Shown here: positions 1 to 10,523 of the stretch, piece after piece
How positions within the stretch are numbered: position 1 is the stretch's first letter
Layout: each line of letters opens with the position of its first letter
Translations under genes and position numbers: made by a program
The notes under the pieces: model-generated
The model's input: the letters and a program-made list of their open reading frames with translations, nothing else
Told to the model about the DNA's origin: nothing
Databases searched by the model: none
Origin: an uncultured delta proteobacterium
GTDB taxonomy: Bacteria; Desulfobacterota; RBG-13-43-22
Reading direction: 5' to 3'
Assembly: GCA_963843145.1 (NCBI GenBank)
Contig: CAWJJC010000028.1
Location: 352,001 to 416,000, forward strand
DNA length: 64,000 bases

Positions 1-129
1 CCATAATGTTATGGGCCAACTTTCACAAAAAAGAGATATTAACGGTTTCAAAATAATTGGTAACCTTCAAAAGTTGAGGCAATGAACCCTTTGCTGGGAA
101 CTTGTCATAAAGGGATCGAAGGAGACGAT

Positions 130-1779
130 ATGAAGCATACCAAATTGGTTATTATCGGCGGGGTAGCGGGTGGGGCCACGGCAGCGGCCCGGGCCAGACG
201 AATGGATGAAGAGGCGGAGATTATCCTTTTGGAGAGAGGAGAATACATCTCTTTTGCCAACTGCGGGTTGCCATATTACGTAGGAGAAGTAATCAAAAAG
301 CGGCAGGACCTTCTGGTGACTACTCCCGAGGCTTTAAAGAAACGATACCGGATTGATGTTAGAACTTTTTGTGAAGTGAAGGCCATTGACCGGATCCATA
401 AAAGAGTATCCGTTTTTAATCAAAAAACCCAGGAAACCTACTGGGAAACCTACGACAAGATTATTCTGGCCCCTGGGGCAGAACCCCTGAAACCACCCCT
501 GGAAGGGATCAACTTACCTGGAATATATAATCTACGTAATATCCCGGATACAGACAGGATTAAAAACCATGTGGATAAGAAAAATCCGAAGTCAGCCGTT
601 ATTGTCGGCGGTGGTTTTATCGGGTTGGAAATGGTGGAAAATTTGGTTCAGCGCGGTGTGCGGACAACCATTGTGGAAATGGCCGATCAGGTTATGCCTC
701 CTTTAGATAAGGAAATGGCTCAAATGGTTCGGAACCATCTGGAGGCCAAAGGTGTTGTCTGCAAATTAGGTAAAGGAGTAAAGGGATTTCGGAAAGAAAG
801 GGATAGTCTGATTGTCTCGGTTCGGGAAGATCAAGACATTGCCTGTGACATGGTTATTCTTTCCATTGGTATACGGCCTGAAAACCGCTTGGCCAAAGAA
901 GCAGGTCTGGAAATTGGGAAATCCGGCGGAATTAAGGTCAATACAGCCATGCAAACCTCGGATCCGGATATTTATGCCGTAGGCGATGCAGTGGAAGTCC
1001 GGGAGTTCGTCACCGGTTTCCCTTTGATCTCGGCCCTGGCCGGACCGGCCAATAAGCAGGGCCGCATCGCCGCTGATAACGCTTTAGGCCGCAAGACGGT
1101 ATTTCGCGGGACTATGCGGACCTCTATCGTCAAAATCTTTGAGCTGACAGTAGGTTCTGCCGGACTTAGCGAAAAAACCCTTCGGACATACGGTTTGCCT
1201 TATCAGGTCAGTTATACTTATTCAGGTTCTCATGCTGATTATTATCCGGGGGCCGAAACCATGACCATTAAACTTATTTTTTCACCCGGAAACGGAAAGG
1301 TATTAGGGGCTCAGATAATCGGAAAAGATGGGGTGGACAAGCGGATTGACGTCCTGGCCACAGCCGTCCACGGGGGGATGACCGTTTTTGATCTGGAGGA
1401 ATTAGAATTGGCCTATGCCCCACCTTATTCATCGGCTAAAGACCCGGTGAATATCGCCGGATTTGTGGCCTCCAACCTGATCAGGGGCGATGCCGAAAAC
1501 ATCTATCCCCAAGAGCTGGCCGAGTTGGATCCCCAAACGCACATCTTTTTGGATGTGCGTTCCAAGATGGAAATAAGGGTATTAGGTGCCCTCGATGGCG
1601 CTGTATCTATCCCTATTGATGATCTGAGGGATCACTTGAAGGAACTGGATAAAGAAAAGACCTATATCGTCTATTGTACCGTGGGGCAACGGGCCTATTG
1701 TGGGTATCGCATTCTGGCCCAGAACGGCTTTCGGGCCAGGAATCTGAGCGGAGGATTTTTGACCTATCAATTATTTTAA
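130..1779 (+). CDS. CoA-disulfide/persulfide reductase-like FAD oxidoreductase with C-terminal rhodanese domain
   Basis: GGVAGG FAD motif, SFANCGLPY redox Cys, GGGFIGLE NAD(P)H motif, YAPPYS, rhodanese YCTVG; ATG at 130 follows GGAG. Confidence 0.9.
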   Translation: MKHTKLVIIGGVAGGATAAARARRMDEEAEIILLERGEYISFANCGLPYYVGEVIKKRQDLLVTTPEALKKRYRIDVRTFCEVKAIDRIHKRVSVFNQKTQETYWETYDKIILAPGAEPLKPPLEGINLPGIYNLRNIPDTDRIKNHVDKKNPKSAVIVGGGFIGLEMVENLVQRGVRTTIVEMADQVMPPLDKEMAQMVRNHLEAKGVVCKLGKGVKGFRKERDSLIVSVREDQDIACDMVILSIGIRPENRLAKEAGLEIGKSGGIKVNTAMQTSDPDIYAVGDAVEVREFVTGFPLISALAGPANKQGRIAADNALGRKTVFRGTMRTSIVKIFELTVGSAGLSEKTLRTYGLPYQVSYTYSGSHADYYPGAETMTIKLIFSPGNGKVLGAQIIGKDGVDKRIDVLATAVHGGMTVFDLEELELAYAPPYSSAKDPVNIAGFVASNLIRGDAENIYPQELAELDPQTHIFLDVRSKMEIRVLGALDGAVSIPIDDLRDHLKELDKEKTYIVYCTVGQRAYCGYRILAQNGFRARNLSGGFLTYQLF

Positions 1780-2346
1780 ACATAAAGATCGATCCGTGGT
1801 TCAATTGGGGGCCGGACCAAGAGAATAGATTGTGACCAATCCGGGGAAAGAAGCGCGTAAACGTCGACTTCCTGTCCTGGATGATTCAATAACTGGATAA
1901 GGAACAAAGCGTTTAGGAGTGCCCAGGCAGTCTATTATAAAGCTATGGATTGCCGAGAAGCTGAAATAGGCATCCTGAATCATTCCATCGACCAGGAACG
2001 AAAGGCTGTTTTTTGATAAGAAGTTGCTTTTCCATGGTGGGATTTTAAAATAAGCAAAAGGCAGGGTCAAGAAGAAAAAAGGACGGAAACAGTGGGAAAT
2101 AGAGCAGTTTCAAATGACAATGGGGACATGATGAGAAAGATTAACCTTATAAATGGGCGAAAAAGTCGACAGGGGAAGACCATCCCATAGACTTTGGAAA
2201 GACTTTCCCCTTTCGGCCCTGATATTATCTCAAACGGTCGAGTGATCGGAGAAATTTCCGAAATCCTGATCCTCATAAAATGGTAGAAATAGGGTAGAAG
2301 AAAAAAATATGGGATTGGTAAAAAACATATAACTACTTGATTTTAT

Positions 2347-2423
2347 TGGTGCCCCTGGCCCGACTTGAACGGGCGGCCTACAGATTAGGAATCTGTCGCT
2401 CTATCCTACTGAGCTACAGGGGC
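2347..2423 (-). tRNA. tRNA-Arg (anticodon CCT)
   Basis: Reverse complement GCCCCTG-TAGCTCAGTAGGATAGAGC-G-ACAGA TTCCTAA TCTGT...GTTCAAGTC...CAGGGGC-ACCA forms a cloverleaf with encoded CCA. Confidence 0.97.
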
Positions 2424-2620
2424 TTTAGAGTTTTCAAGAGGTACGGGAAGGATACTACCACAAATCGGTTGAAATAGAAAGGATTGGAAATTTAAACTGA
2501 TCCTAAGTCTTTGCGAGGAGAGAAGCGACGAAGCAATCCCTCTAACAGCTTAAAATCCTTCCCAGATTGGACCGGGGGAAGCAAAGACACCTGTGTTTGG
2601 GCCAATTTACTTATTAGAAC

Positions 2621-3409
2621 CTATCTCCTTAATGCCCGGGCATAGGCAAAGACGGCCTGGACATAGTTTTCGCAGTGGTTGTAGGCGTATACGGCTTTCT
2701 TCTTTTTCAGAGGATTTTTCGGGGACCAGCCGAATGTCTTCAGGTAGTTGGCCATGCTGGCGAAGGCGTCGGCCAGGTTAAAGAGGTCCACTTCTCCGTC
2801 GCCGTTGCCGTCCGCCCCGTATTTCCTATAGGAGGAAGGCACAAATTGTGGTACGCCGAAGGCCCCGGCCCAGGAGCCCTTCACTGAGAGGGGATCCATT
2901 TTCTGTTCCCGGCAGATCATCAAAAGGTGGCCGAGTTCCGCTTCGGCCCATTCGGAACGCCGGTTTTCAATGAGGGCCATGGTGAGCAAGCTGTTGAAGA
3001 CTGGATGGCTTCCCGTAACCCGGCCGAAATTGGTCTCGATGCGGAGAATGGCCACCAGGATCTCCCGGCGTACCCCGTAGGCGGCTTCGATTTTTCGGAG
3101 GATACGCCGGTTGTCGCGGAGCACCATCTTCCCTCGCTTCACCGACTTTTTGGTGAGCAGTCCGAAACCCCGTCCCAGATAGTTCAGGCCTTTCCCCGTA
3201 CGCTCGAGAATTTCCGGGTAAAGCGTCACCCGCTCGTCTGAAAATACGCGGGAAAGCTCCTTCTCCGTCAGACCCTGGTCCTTGAGCTTTAACCGTAGTT
3301 CATCCAGCTTTTCGGCGTAGGGGTGTACTAGACTCGCCTCCGTAGTGGGACCGGCCGCGACGAGCAGGAAAACGCCCAGGAAGATGCTAACGATTTTAGA
3401 TGCCCTCAG
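2621..3409 (-). CDS. Lytic murein transglycosylase (MltB/SLT_2 family), probable CTG start
   Basis: ILRIETNFG and GSWAGAFGVPQFVPSSY motifs, DGNGDG EF-hand-like loop; the frame stays open 60 codons upstream of the called GTG and encodes a signal peptide. Confidence 0.85.
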   Translation of the reverse strand: MRASKIVSIFLGVFLLVAAGPTTEASLVHPYAEKLDELRLKLKDQGLTEKELSRVFSDERVTLYPEILERTGKGLNYLGRGFGLLTKKSVKRGKMVLRDNRRILRKIEAAYGVRREILVAILRIETNFGRVTGSHPVFNSLLTMALIENRRSEWAEAELGHLLMICREQKMDPLSVKGSWAGAFGVPQFVPSSYRKYGADGNGDGEVDLFNLADAFASMANYLKTFGWSPKNPLKKKKAVYAYNHCENYVQAVFAYARALRR

Positions 3410-4092
3410 ACTTTCACCCTCCTTTCACAAAAACTCCGTTCATGTCCACTCCCGTAGATTCGCCCCTGGTGCCCGCCGTCCGATCGGAGGCGACCGGGAA
3501 CCGATTCGACCATAAGCTGTTCGCCTATCATAGCCTCATGACGGGAATTCTTGTCAAGCCGAAAAAGTTCAGGATTTCCTCAGACAGGGAAGGAGCCCGG
3601 CCCCGCACCCGGGCTGGAGTTTATCCAGCACGTGAGGCGCGACCGGCGGACAGCTTTTATTGTAGGGGTGAGAAGATTTTCATAGGGGTGTCCTGTTCTT
3701 CGGGACAACGTAAGCCAGCTTGGGGGATTGCTTCCCCCGGATTGAGTCCGCTGGAAGCAATGACGGTTGGTGAGTATCAGGGACTATTATTGACGATAAC
3801 TCGGGTGGGCTGCCAAAAACTCTTCCCCCTGCTCTCCTACTGCGGCTAGGAAAACGGGGTAGGCAGCAAGCCTTATTAAGGGTCTCGATATTGCAGCAAA
3901 ATTGAAATTTTTGGCTTCCGGTATTCGACGGAATGACGATGGTGGGGAACCACCTAGAAGCCGTCACTCCGGCGAGCGCCGCGGTCCGGGCCTTGGCCGG
4001 GGTGGATAATCGCCTATCAAAATGGCCGGGACCAGGGAAAGGATGCGGCCTTATCCCGGGACTCCAACTCGTTCGCTTCTTCCTTCAGGAAT

Positions 4093-4389
4093 CTAAACAG
4101 GTTCGACCGGGAAGGGTTCTCCCATATCGGCAAAGGTGAAAGCTAAAAAAATGTGGTGACCGTCATAGTCCAACACCCTCAGGTCGTCTGTTTCGTGGAG
4201 ATCGCCCATAACGACGGGGAAATGTGTTCCGTATTCCTTTTTTACTTTCTCCAAAGGAAGCTCGTAAGCGATGAATTTTTTGATGCCCCGGGCTTTCAGC
4301 TTATTTACAAAATTTGGATCCGTTAAAGAATCATAGGAGGTTAAAATGAGAATCGGACCTGTTCCGGTGAAAATAACCCCTGCTTTCAT
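4093..4389 (-). CDS. Small hypothetical protein
   Basis: 98-aa ORF with good RBS (GGAGGG) and protein-like composition. Confidence 0.7.
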   Translation of the reverse strand: MKAGVIFTGTGPILILTSYDSLTDPNFVNKLKARGIKKFIAYELPLEKVKKEYGTHFPVVMGDLHETDDLRVLDYDGHHIFLAFTFADMGEPFPVEPV

Positions 4390-4652
4390 AGCGTGCCCTC
4401 CTTTTTTTGTAAGTTATTAAAATAAAATACTTTTATTTAAAATACGTCCACAAAAATCTTAAGTTGACTACTAATTAAATGTCAATAAAAAAATAGAGCC
4501 GCGGCGCACATTCTTTTGTGGTCGGGGTTACCAAAATCCCTCCTCCGAACGCTGCGGAAATGATACCGGCCCTTGAAAATTATTGGAAACGTCGTTGACG
4601 TTATGGTATTATAAAGACAGATATTTGTAAAACAAATAGCTGAGTTTTCTTG

Positions 4653-4726
4653 TTGGCACCCTCATACAAAGGAAGTCGAATGAAAGTAGAAGAGACCCGT
4701 TTCTCAGTTGAGAGGTGGGTTTTTTT
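4653..4726 (+). ncRNA. Putative leader/sRNA: hairpin motif followed by an intrinsic terminator (copy 1)
   Basis: TTGGC-ACCCTCATACAAAGGAA-GTCGAA, then GACCCGTTTCTC/GAGAGGTGGGTT stem and T-run; related copy at 40545. Confidence 0.45.
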
Positions 4727-4754
4727 GTGAAGGCTTCACTAGGAGATTAAAAGT

Positions 4755-6764
4755 ATGGATGATAACAGAAATACCAAAGAGCAACGGATCCAGGAGTCGG
4801 AAAATCTGCGTCGGAGGATAGCTGAACTCGATATAGCAGAAACCGAACGAAAGAGGGTAGAGGAGAAACTGCGGGATTCAGAACAGCATTTGGATAGTAT
4901 TTTAAATAGTATTACCGAGGCGGTATTTACTATCTCGCCTGATTTTAAGATTCTCTGGGCTAATAAAGCGGCCTTGGGACAGGCAGGCAAAAAACTGGAA
5001 GAAGTTATTGGACAAGATTGTTTTTTTGTTTCGCACCATAATATGGAGCCCTGTTCTTCCGAGAATGAAACCTGTCCCCTTAAGGAAGCTATAAGAACAG
5101 GGGCGCCTGCTGAAGCCATACATAAACATTTTAACAGCCTGGGGAATGAGATTTTTGTGGAGTTGGTCCTTTATCCGCTTAAAGATAAAAAAGGAAGAAT
5201 AACTCAGTATGTCCATGTGAGCCACGACGTCACCGAGATCAAAAAGGCAGAGGAGTTATTGCTGAAGTCCAAGAGAAAATACCAGGAACTGGCCGATAGT
5301 ATCTCCGATGTCTTTTTCGCCATGGACAAAAATCTCCGATACATATACTGGAACAAGGCGAGTGAGTTACTTACGGGAGTTCCAGCGGAAAAGGCTCTGG
5401 GGAAAACGCTTATAGAAGTATTCCCGGACAATTCGTCACGGCAACATGTTAAAGAAATGTATTTACAAGTTATGGAAACCAACCAGCCGCAGAACTTGAT
5501 AGTAAATTATCCGGGCGATGAAGGTATTGTTCACGAAATTAGCGCCTATCCGATCGTGGAGGGTGTTTCCGTGTTTGTGAAGGACATCACCGAACGCAAG
5601 CGGGCGGAAGATGAGCGGATTATTATGAGCAAGCTGGAATCGACAGGAGTTCTGGCTGGAGGGATAGCCCATGACTACAACAATCTTTTATCTGTCATTC
5701 TTGGGAATCTCGAACTGATTAGGATGTTTCCCCAAGATGGGATGATGAACAATTACCTGGAGGAAGCGGAAAAGGCGGCCTCGACGGCCCGGGTGCTAAC
5801 CCGGCAATTGATTGATTTTGCCAAAGGAGGGGAACCGATCAAAAAACGGGTCTCCCTGTCCGGTTTGCTTGAAGATCAGGTCACCTTTGCCCTGCGGGGA
5901 TCCTCGGTGGGGTGTAACTTTTTCATGCCTGCCGACCTCTGGTTGACTGAGGTGGATGAAAGTCAGATGAACCAGGTCATCCGGAACATAGCTATAAATG
6001 CCCGGGAGGCGATGCCCGAAGGCGGAATGGTCGCAGTCAAGGCGGAAAATCTGGTTCTAAATTCAGCAGCGGATTTATCTTTGCCCCTGGGGGACTATGT
6101 GAAGGTGAGCATCACCGATCAGGGCAAAGGCATTCCGGAGGAAATTCTGCCAAAAATCTTTGATCCTTATTTTTCGACCAAACAACGGGGGGACCAGAAG
6201 GGAATGGGATTAGGGCTGACGATCAGTCATTCGGCCATCCAGAAACATGGCGGAGCGATCACCGTAGATTCGAAGGCGAGTAAAGGGACGACCATTCAGA
6301 TTTATCTGCCTGCTTTGAGGAAAAGGCTGGAGGAAGAGACTGCGGTTCCTGCTGTTCCAACAGGGCGAAGTAGGATCCTGGTGATGGAGGACGAGGAACT
6401 GATGCGCCATCTGTTAGGGGTGATGATTTCCCGGCTGGGTTATGAGGTAGAACTTGTCGAGGAAGGGAAGAAGGCCGTTGCCTGTTATCGGCTAGCGAAG
6501 GACCGTGGTCAACCATTTGATGCGCTGATATTGGACTTGACGGTTCAAGGAGGGATGGGAGGCGTAAAGACAATCCGGGAGCTTATGCAGTTTGATCCGA
6601 CGGTGAAAGCCATAGTTTTGAGCGGCTATGATAAGGATCCTGTGCTTCAGAACTTTGAACAGTATGGGTTCAAGGGTGTCTTAACCAAGCCGTTTACGGT
6701 TAACGAATTGAGCGAGATCCTTCCCAGAGTTATAGGTACCGATAGAATACCCAAGGTCAAATAA
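4755..6764 (+). CDS. Hybrid sensor histidine kinase (PAS-PAS-HisKA-HATPase-REC)
   Basis: PAS/PAC DVTE and DITERK motifs, AHDYNN H-box, GMGLGL G2 box, C-terminal receiver domain. Confidence 0.93.
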   Translation: MDDNRNTKEQRIQESENLRRRIAELDIAETERKRVEEKLRDSEQHLDSILNSITEAVFTISPDFKILWANKAALGQAGKKLEEVIGQDCFFVSHHNMEPCSSENETCPLKEAIRTGAPAEAIHKHFNSLGNEIFVELVLYPLKDKKGRITQYVHVSHDVTEIKKAEELLLKSKRKYQELADSISDVFFAMDKNLRYIYWNKASELLTGVPAEKALGKTLIEVFPDNSSRQHVKEMYLQVMETNQPQNLIVNYPGDEGIVHEISAYPIVEGVSVFVKDITERKRAEDERIIMSKLESTGVLAGGIAHDYNNLLSVILGNLELIRMFPQDGMMNNYLEEAEKAASTARVLTRQLIDFAKGGEPIKKRVSLSGLLEDQVTFALRGSSVGCNFFMPADLWLTEVDESQMNQVIRNIAINAREAMPEGGMVAVKAENLVLNSAADLSLPLGDYVKVSITDQGKGIPEEILPKIFDPYFSTKQRGDQKGMGLGLTISHSAIQKHGGAITVDSKASKGTTIQIYLPALRKRLEEETAVPAVPTGRSRILVMEDEELMRHLLGVMISRLGYEVELVEEGKKAVACYRLAKDRGQPFDALILDLTVQGGMGGVKTIRELMQFDPTVKAIVLSGYDKDPVLQNFEQYGFKGVLTKPFTVNELSEILPRVIGTDRIPKVK

Positions 6765-6878
6765 TGGAAAAATGGAGTAAAAGGAGGCCCCTGGCGATTA
6801 GTCAACCCGCTTTTTTTGATAAAGCCACCCAAGTCTGGATTCAACCCTTTTGCTGGTCTGGGATCGAAAGGCACCCTT

Positions 6879-7334
6879 ATGAATCATAAAGACACGTCCC
6901 TTTCAACCACTTTGCTGTTTGGGTTTATTGCCGGTTTCCTGTCAACCCTGATCTTTCATCAATTGACGCTGGCCTTGTTATGGAACATCGGCCTGGCACC
7001 CTTCGGACCTTTCTCCCTGGCCGCCACCAAACCATTCGGGGTCCCCGCGGTTTTTTCCCTAGCCTTTTGGGGGGGCATCTGGGGTATGGTCTTGGTCCTG
7101 ATTCAGGGGCGCTTTCCCCGGAAAGGCTATTGGCTGTCGGTTTTTATGTTCGGAGCCATTTTAACTTCACTGGTTGCCCTGTGCTTGGTATTGCCGCTTA
7201 AAGGCAAGCCCCTGGGTGGCGGCTGGCATCCGTCGCTCTTGCTGACCGCCTTCCTGATCAACGGCGCCTGGGGGATCGGAACCGCCCTGATCTTTAGGAT
7301 CCTATCCGGGTGGTCAGGCGGTCGACGCAACTAA
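6879..7334 (+). CDS. Hypothetical membrane protein (about 4 TM)
   Basis: Hydrophobic helices; the ATG at 6879 is the likely start. Confidence 0.7.
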   Translation: MNHKDTSLSTTLLFGFIAGFLSTLIFHQLTLALLWNIGLAPFGPFSLAATKPFGVPAVFSLAFWGGIWGMVLVLIQGRFPRKGYWLSVFMFGAILTSLVALCLVLPLKGKPLGGGWHPSLLLTAFLINGAWGIGTALIFRILSGWSGGRRN

Positions 7335-7407
7335 AGAGCAGAATGAAAAATCGTGAAGGGTCTAGGAAAGCGGCGCATAAATAAATTCATCCCTGGTCCT
7401 CAGGCCG

Positions 7408-7785
7408 TTAGCCCCTGACGCAGCGGACCGGATAGCGGTTGGTCTTGTAATAGCTCAGCAGGTAGGCGCCGTCGAATATCAGAATCCAGGCGTTTTTCGT
7501 GTCTTTCTCGAAAGTGGTGGAAGACCAGTAGGGCAGGGCGTCTTGGAAGGGGACCTCTTCGCGCGTGACGGCCCGGCCGTCGGACCGGCCCCGGGTGCGG
7601 TCCAGAAGGGTTTCCAGTTCGGCCAGGGTGGGCAGGCGCCAGTCGGTCTTCCCGGCCAGGGTTAGGGAGGCGGCGTAGTCCATGGCCTGGAACCAAGTCA
7701 GCTCCCCGGGGGATTCCAACTGCCATTCCAGGCCGGTTTTAGGGTCCTGCCAGGTGAGCGGATTGAGGATTAAAGATGATTTCAT
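7408..7785 (-). CDS. DUF1566/Lcl-domain protein
   Basis: DPKTGLEWQ, WRLPTLAEL, YWSST and VRCVR motifs. Confidence 0.88.
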   Translation of the reverse strand: MKSSLILNPLTWQDPKTGLEWQLESPGELTWFQAMDYAASLTLAGKTDWRLPTLAELETLLDRTRGRSDGRAVTREEVPFQDALPYWSSTTFEKDTKNAWILIFDGAYLLSYYKTNRYPVRCVRG

Positions 7786-7907
7786 CGAAAGACTATCTCT
7801 CGCAGAGCGCGCAGAGAAAGACTTTGACAGGATTTACAGGAATAACCGGATAGTTTTCCCCGTTTCGAACGAAACGGGGAAAATCCTAAATATCCTGTTG
7901 ATCCTGT

Positions 7908-8360
7908 CTAACTCTGTGCCTCAAACACGGCGGCGATGTTTTTCTGGCCGCCGAACTGAATGCAGCGGGTCGGGCAGACGCTCATACAGGCGGTCTGCTT
8001 ATACTCCGCCAGACGGTCGATACAGAGATCGCATTTGACGGCGATTTCTTGTCGGTCATCAAACTGCATAGCCCCAAAGGGGCAGGCTTCCAGGCAGGCC
8101 CGGCAGCCGATGCAGAGGTCCCGGTCGATCAGGACGATGCCCTGGGCGTTTCGGCTGATGGCTTTTTCCGGGCAGGCCTCCTTGCAGGGTGGCTTGGTGC
8201 AGTGGTGGCAGTAGACCGGGATATAGTCCGGGGAATCCTCGATCACCCTGACCAGCCTCGGCCCCACCCCCAGACGGTGCTCCTGCTTGCAGGCCACCTC
8301 GCAGGCGTGGCAACCCATGCAGTCTTTTTTTATAAAAACGAGAGAAACTTTTTCCATCAT
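7908..8360 (-). CDS. 4Fe-4S dicluster protein (DmsB-like electron-transfer subunit)
   Basis: Four CxxC..C..CP-type motifs; ATG at 8360 follows AAGGAG. Confidence 0.9.
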   Translation of the reverse strand: MMEKVSLVFIKKDCMGCHACEVACKQEHRLGVGPRLVRVIEDSPDYIPVYCHHCTKPPCKEACPEKAISRNAQGIVLIDRDLCIGCRACLEACPFGAMQFDDRQEIAVKCDLCIDRLAEYKQTACMSVCPTRCIQFGGQKNIAAVFEAQS

Positions 8361-8409
8361 AAATCTCCTTGGCGCTCTTGGCGTCTTTGCGGTGAGAAAA
8401 TCAGCCAAG

Positions 8410-10515
8410 TTATTCCATCTCACCGGGGGCGATGTTGCACAGACAGACCCGCAGGTTGGTGGAGCCGATGGCCGGATCCAAGGTTTCGTAGGCGTTGTCG
8501 GTCAGGATATTGGCATTGGCGATATCCCAGCCGTGATCCGGGGTCTTGATCTCCGGGAACCACCAGCCGTGTTCGGCCACGATCACCCGGGGGTCGATGT
8601 GTTTATTCAGTTTGGCCCGCTGCTTGATGCGTCCTCGGGGAGATGAAATAAAGACCCATTGCCCCTCGCCGATGGCGTGCTTTTGGGCCGTGTCCGGATG
8701 AATCTCCACGATGGGGTCCGGCCGGATCTCCCGCAGCCAGGGGATATTGCGGTTGGCGGCGTGAAAATAGGTGGGGGTCCGCAGGCCCGAGTTAAAGATG
8801 TAGGGGAAATCTTTGGCCACCTCGGGTTTGGAGATCGGGCTTTCGGCGACCTCGTCGTACTTGGGCAGGGGATCGTAGCCCCAATCTTTGAGGAGGGTCG
8901 AATAGACCTCCAGTTTCTTGGTGGGGGTGGAAAAGCCCCGCTGTTGGTATTTGCGGTAGACCATCTCGCCCTGCAGAAAGCCTTTCTCCTTGAATTGCTC
9001 CCAGGTCAACCCGGAGGGCTCCAGCAGCCAGTCCAGGGCGTCCTCCACCGTGGGCCACCATTCCTGACCCATCCGTTTGCCGAGTTCCATCCAGATCTTG
9101 TGATCCTGCCAGGCCTCGCCGACCTCCACGCATTTCTCCCGGGCCAGGACAAACCCGTGCCGCTTCCAGTTATCGGCCACATGGTTCTGCTCCAGCCAGG
9201 TCCCGGCTGGCAGAAAGATGTCGGCCAGTTCGGTGGTGGGGGTCTGAAAGAAATCAATGGCCGCCAGGAATTCGATCTGCTTCAAGGCCTCGTAGGCCTC
9301 CTTGGCGTTAGCCCGGGAGATCACCGGGTTGGTGCCGCCGAGGATGCCGGCCTTGAGCGGGTAGGGTTGGCCGGTCAGGATGGCATCCCAGGCCTTCTTG
9401 GGATTGATAAAGGCCACCCGGGCCCCCAGCGGGAAATCCTTTCCGCCCAGGCGCTTGGCCCGCTGTTCCTTGGACAGGTCCCGGTGCCGGGCGAATTCGG
9501 CCACGGTCCGGGTGGGCGGGTTGACGAAGAGGACATTTCCGCCGGGCACGTCCAAGTTCCCGGTGATCCCCATGAGGGCCGTGGTGGCCCGGGTATAGTT
9601 GGCGCAGTTATTGTTCTGTTCGGTGGGCACGCCCCAGTGGATCAGGGCCGGCTTGGTGGTGGCGTACATCCGGGCCGCTTTGCGGATCAGGTCCTTGTCG
9701 ATCCAGGTGATTTCCTGGACCTTCTCCGGGGTATATTCCTTCACCCGCTCCTTCCATTCCTCCCAGCCGTTGACGTAATTTTCCGCGAAATCCTTGTCGT
9801 ACAGCCCTTCTTCGATGATGATCTGGCTGAAGCCCAGGGAGAGGGCGGCGTCGGTCCCCGGGCGGATCTGCAGCCAGAGGTCGGCCTTGTTGGCCACGAA
9901 GCCCTTGCGCGGATCGATGCAGATCAGCTTGGCCCCTTTTTTATAGGCGCGCCAGAAACCCTCCCCCTTGTATTCGTCCGGATTGCTCCACTGGGGGTTA
10001 CAGCCCCAGATAACGATTAGCTTTGGCCCGCCCTCGTAGTCGCCGATGGGCAGAGAGCCGACGGTAATCAAGGTCGAGGCGACCCGGGAAACATAGCACA
10101 TATGGCCGGCGGTCAGGACGTTGGGGGTGCCCAGGAGGTTGGCGAAGCGGTAGAGGTGACTCTCGTAATCCCGGCCCGTTCCCTGGCCCACGACAATCGA
10201 CTCCGGCCCGTATTCGGCGATAACCGCCTTGAATTTTTCGGCGATGGAATCCAGGGCCTCATCCCAGGAAATGCGCTCCCATTTCCCGCTCAGTTTGCCG
10301 CCGACTTTTTTCAGGGGGTAAAGCACCCGGTCCGGATGGTAGGCCAGTTGGGTGATGGCCAGACCCTTGCTGCAGAGGGTGCCGTGGCTGATGGGGGAAT
10401 CCGGGTCCCCCTCCACCTTGATCACCCGGCCGTCTCGGACGGTGGCGATGACCCCGCACCCTCCGTGGCAACTCCGGCAGGCCGTTCGTATCTTTTTTTC
10501 TTCTCCCATGATCAA
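8410..10515 (-). CDS. Mo/W-bisPGD oxidoreductase catalytic subunit (acetylene-hydratase-like branch of the DMSO reductase family)
   Basis: N-terminal CxxCxxxC..C [4Fe-4S] motif, candidate Cys ligand in GHMCY, molybdopterin dinucleotide-binding C-terminus, no Tat signal. Confidence 0.88.
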   Translation of the reverse strand: MIMGEEKKIRTACRSCHGGCGVIATVRDGRVIKVEGDPDSPISHGTLCSKGLAITQLAYHPDRVLYPLKKVGGKLSGKWERISWDEALDSIAEKFKAVIAEYGPESIVVGQGTGRDYESHLYRFANLLGTPNVLTAGHMCYVSRVASTLITVGSLPIGDYEGGPKLIVIWGCNPQWSNPDEYKGEGFWRAYKKGAKLICIDPRKGFVANKADLWLQIRPGTDAALSLGFSQIIIEEGLYDKDFAENYVNGWEEWKERVKEYTPEKVQEITWIDKDLIRKAARMYATTKPALIHWGVPTEQNNNCANYTRATTALMGITGNLDVPGGNVLFVNPPTRTVAEFARHRDLSKEQRAKRLGGKDFPLGARVAFINPKKAWDAILTGQPYPLKAGILGGTNPVISRANAKEAYEALKQIEFLAAIDFFQTPTTELADIFLPAGTWLEQNHVADNWKRHGFVLAREKCVEVGEAWQDHKIWMELGKRMGQEWWPTVEDALDWLLEPSGLTWEQFKEKGFLQGEMVYRKYQQRGFSTPTKKLEVYSTLLKDWGYDPLPKYDEVAESPISKPEVAKDFPYIFNSGLRTPTYFHAANRNIPWLREIRPDPIVEIHPDTAQKHAIGEGQWVFISSPRGRIKQRAKLNKHIDPRVIVAEHGWWFPEIKTPDHGWDIANANILTDNAYETLDPAIGSTNLRVCLCNIAPGEME

Positions 10516-10523
10516 ACTCCTTT

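Noticed and set aside
1800-2346. Integrated element at the tRNA-Arg 3' end, and ORFs 1801-2070 and 2067-2276
   Set aside because: No integrase or duplicated tRNA end in the window, and the ORFs look non-coding
3430-3530. c-di-AMP (ydaO) riboswitch upstream of the transglycosylase
   Set aside because: GAATC and GGGGCGAATC pieces are present on the minus strand, but the conserved 3' half is missing
3660-3870. c-di-GMP riboswitch or 6S-like RNA
   Set aside because: Consensus motifs are not matched, and part of the structure is explained by a REP-like repeat
8410-10515. True acetylene hydratase or a Sec-containing formate dehydrogenase
   Set aside because: The catalytic Asp after CxxC is His, there is no in-frame UGA, and FDH motifs are absent
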